Origin: Tubulanus polymorphus
Lineage: Eukaryota; Animalia; Nemertea
Assembly (NCBI RefSeq): GCF_964204645.1
Contig: NC_134028.1
Coordinates: 1,674,001-1,738,000 of the forward strand
Length of the DNA: 64,000 nt
Reading direction: 5' to 3'
A program made the translations under genes and the position numbers. Positions 47,136 to 64,000 of the stretch are shown here, piece after piece. The stretch's first letter is position 1; the number at the start of each line of letters is the position of its first letter. The notes under the pieces were generated by a model. That model did no database searches. It had not been told where the DNA came from and saw nothing but the letters and a program-made list of their open reading frames with translations.

Positions 47136-48195
47136 TCTATGCGCAAAGAATATTTGGGTTCTGTCACTCAATGTCTTGGTTACTCGTGATTCTCATCCAC
47201 ACAAAAACTAGGGGTCCAGGTGGACTAAAAACATTACCCCCAAAATAAATGGTGACATGTTTATTTTATGAAAATAGTTTATTCTTGCCAACAGAGACTT
47301 AAGTTTACAACAATTATAGTACTGCATATTATATACTCGAATGTTTTTTTATTGTAAATTTGTTTTCTATTCTATTATAGCACATTTAGTAGTAGAATCA
47401 TTGAATAACATAAAAAGCTGTCATCAAATTTATAGCCATCTCTTCATTTTTTAAAATAAATTATTTATGACAAGAACACAATCACCAGGTATAAGCACAT
47501 TTAATCACTGGGGAAAATAACCTTAAAGCTATGAATATTTCTAAGAAATGCTGATCTAAAGACATAGCTCGATCAATACTGAGCACAACTTGACCCTTTC
47601 AGCTTTCAGTCAATTCTGCAATTATTCAATCATTAATAATAACCATGAATCAAACCATTTTATTGGTTTAAAGACACAATGAACCAATGACGACTACTAG
47701 TAGTCGTTCTTACAAATATTATGCGAATATCAACTCATTATTACTGATTGATAGAAGATTATTGAGAATCTTTTTTTTTAACTATCACAGTTCGAACAAT
47801 ATAATTCGGCGCTACTGGATAAATTCAAACTGGCTCCAAAAACTATGTATAATCACGAAGAATAAACCCAATTTTTGAATTTCTTGATAAATTATGTTAT
47901 CAAAATATTTTTTTTTTCTGTTCAAATTCTCAAAAATATACAGAAAATTGAGAACTTAACAATATGTATGGCGAGATTGAGAGCACTCGCATCGCAAATT
48001 TTATCCATATCCCGAATCCAACCACCATACAACAATTCAAGAATTCGCAACTATAAATCTCAAGTCTACCGAGTTATTTTGTTATTCCTATTCATACGGA
48101 ATCAGATCAAGTGTACATCAATAAAATGTTCATAACAAACGAAAAATCTAAAACTAACCTACATTCTATAAGCGAAGAAGTCGCGAGAAATGTAG

Positions 48196-62466
<14,271 letters not shown>

Positions 62467-62938
62467 TTTATTGATCCAGATTTAATTTCACTGTATTGGA
62501 GGGAAAAGTGAAAATCTTGACTGACAATACAAAACTATTAAAAACATGATTAGGCCCAATTGTTTTATTCCCTGATTTAACATCACAACAGAAACTGAAT
62601 TATGATTTCAGGGGCAAAACAAGAATGAGGGAATGAGACAATTTTTTAAGTGAAATAAAAATTGTCACAACTTTTGAGTCTTTGACTGAAATCGATAAAA
62701 CATGATTTCGACTATATAAAACTACTGTTGTGGCCACAGCCAGTAATTATGGGCTTGACAAACACAATAGATGAGATGTTAAACTTAGGTCCACCACATT
62801 TTGCTATTTTATGCAACATAGGCCCAATAGCCAAAGATGTAACTCGGTGCAACAGTCCCCAAAGTAGCGTCTTAACACCCACGTGTAGCAGTAGGCCCTT
62901 ATTATTCTACTGTCGTCATTGCCTTTGCTAAATTTTAC

Positions 62939-63150
62939 CTGCTTTCACCGTTTCTCTGCACTCGAAGGAATGTATTGCTCCAATATTGTTGGTCTGGCAG
63001 GGTTCAGTTCGCGTTGACAGTTCAGTTATTGCCGATGATGCGACGATGACAAGATTTCGACTTCCCTATATCAATCAGCATCGACATAAGGCGATCCAAT
63101 CACAGCCAATCACAATGTCGATTTATCTAAACGTCATCAGACTGGGCGGG
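62939..63150 (-). promoter_or_regulatory. Probable FASN non-coding first exon and proximal promoter
   Basis: Minus-strand donor CAG|GTAAAA at 62939/62938 and acceptor near 62521; tandem CCAAT boxes at 63096-63100 and 63106-63110; ACGTCA at 63131; GC box GGGCGGG at 63144-63150. Confidence 0.5.
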
Positions 63151-63283
63151 CTTACCCGACGCTGCTGGTCGACGCTTCAAAATTCTAGGGGCCTGAGGCA
63201 AAGTATATAAAGAAATGTATTGTTTTAATAAGCTCTAAAATGTGATTTGTTTGTTATTTATTGAATATTATGGAAGACCTCAG

Positions 63284-63367
63284 ACGACATACGAGATATG
63301 AGATATAACATACGAGATATGAGATGCAACATACGAGATACGGCTTATGACATATACGAGATACGAC
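63284..63367. repeat. Degenerate 7-bp-period minisatellite (ATACGAG/ATATGAG)
   Basis: catacgagatatgagatataacatacgagatatgagatgcaacatacgagatacg... Confidence 0.8.
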
Positions 63368-64000
63368 TTATTTACAGTACGGGTGTCCGTCCGCTAGCGC
63401 CACCGCGGTGTATATTTTTCAACATCTACTCGGCGTTGTGGCGTATACTACGACACGTGCGCAGGCAGTGGCGTATACATTAACTATGAATATCAATATG
63501 CGAAAAACGTTTCATTTGAAACGAAAAACATTTAAAAATATTCGATCAACCACTCCCGGGGACCGGCTTCTCGCTGTGACATCAGTGGGCGGCCACTCTT
63601 AGTAGTGTGAGACACCGATGGTCCGGTGATTCGAGTTGGCTCCAAATACAGGGCTACAGCCCCTAAATCCACCAAAAACGCCTCAAATTCCATTTTTGAG
63701 TGTACAAAAATCCCTCAAAAAGAGTTAGCCATGGCCCCTTCAAATTGGTGGTCAGTAAGAATTGCGCCTAGTCAAGGGTTTAAACTTCGCGTTCGATGGA
63801 GGGTTTTCGATGAAGAATGAAAGATGTATGTATATTACGAATGCCGATGACCAAAGAGTTAAAAAAAAAAGTCCGACACACGCGGAATCTGTGTTTAGTG
63901 TACTATGATTTCAACGAATGAATTGAAACATGGACATGAATTAAAAATACTAAAGATAACATAGATCTATTGAATGAATTATTCATTAAATATCAGAATG

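Noticed and set aside
63535-63830. GC-richer block with short ORFs upstream of FASN
   Set aside because: No recognisable protein motif or splice support; it may be a repeat, but cannot be classified from this window.

Overview
AT-rich, compact, intron-rich animal DNA, most likely an invertebrate bilaterian; the species cannot be fixed from sequence alone. In order: 3' end of synaptotagmin-17 (+); two tandem GH38 lysosomal alpha-mannosidase genes (+); an intronless atonal-family bHLH gene (+); a cGMP-dependent protein kinase I gene with two alternative first coding exons (+); a 3-coding-exon gene for a ~186-aa secreted protein with a lone anaphylatoxin-like six-cysteine module (-), which the ORF track does not assemble; a dimmed/Mist1 bHLH gene (+) head-to-head with it; and a complete type I fatty acid synthase (-). 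Several MITE, foldback and microsatellite elements are interspersed. Highlights: (1) the stand-alone secreted C3a/fibulin-type anaphylatoxin-like precursor with a cationic Arg/Trp tail; (2) vertebrate-style PKG I-alpha/I-beta first exons in an invertebrate; (3) a mannosidase paralogue with active-site substitutions embedded in a gene-conversion mosaic; (4) a candidate 27-nt microexon in the FAS thioesterase; (5) a foldback with a degenerate hammerhead core. All homology statements come from manual reading and recalled reference sequences, not from database searches.
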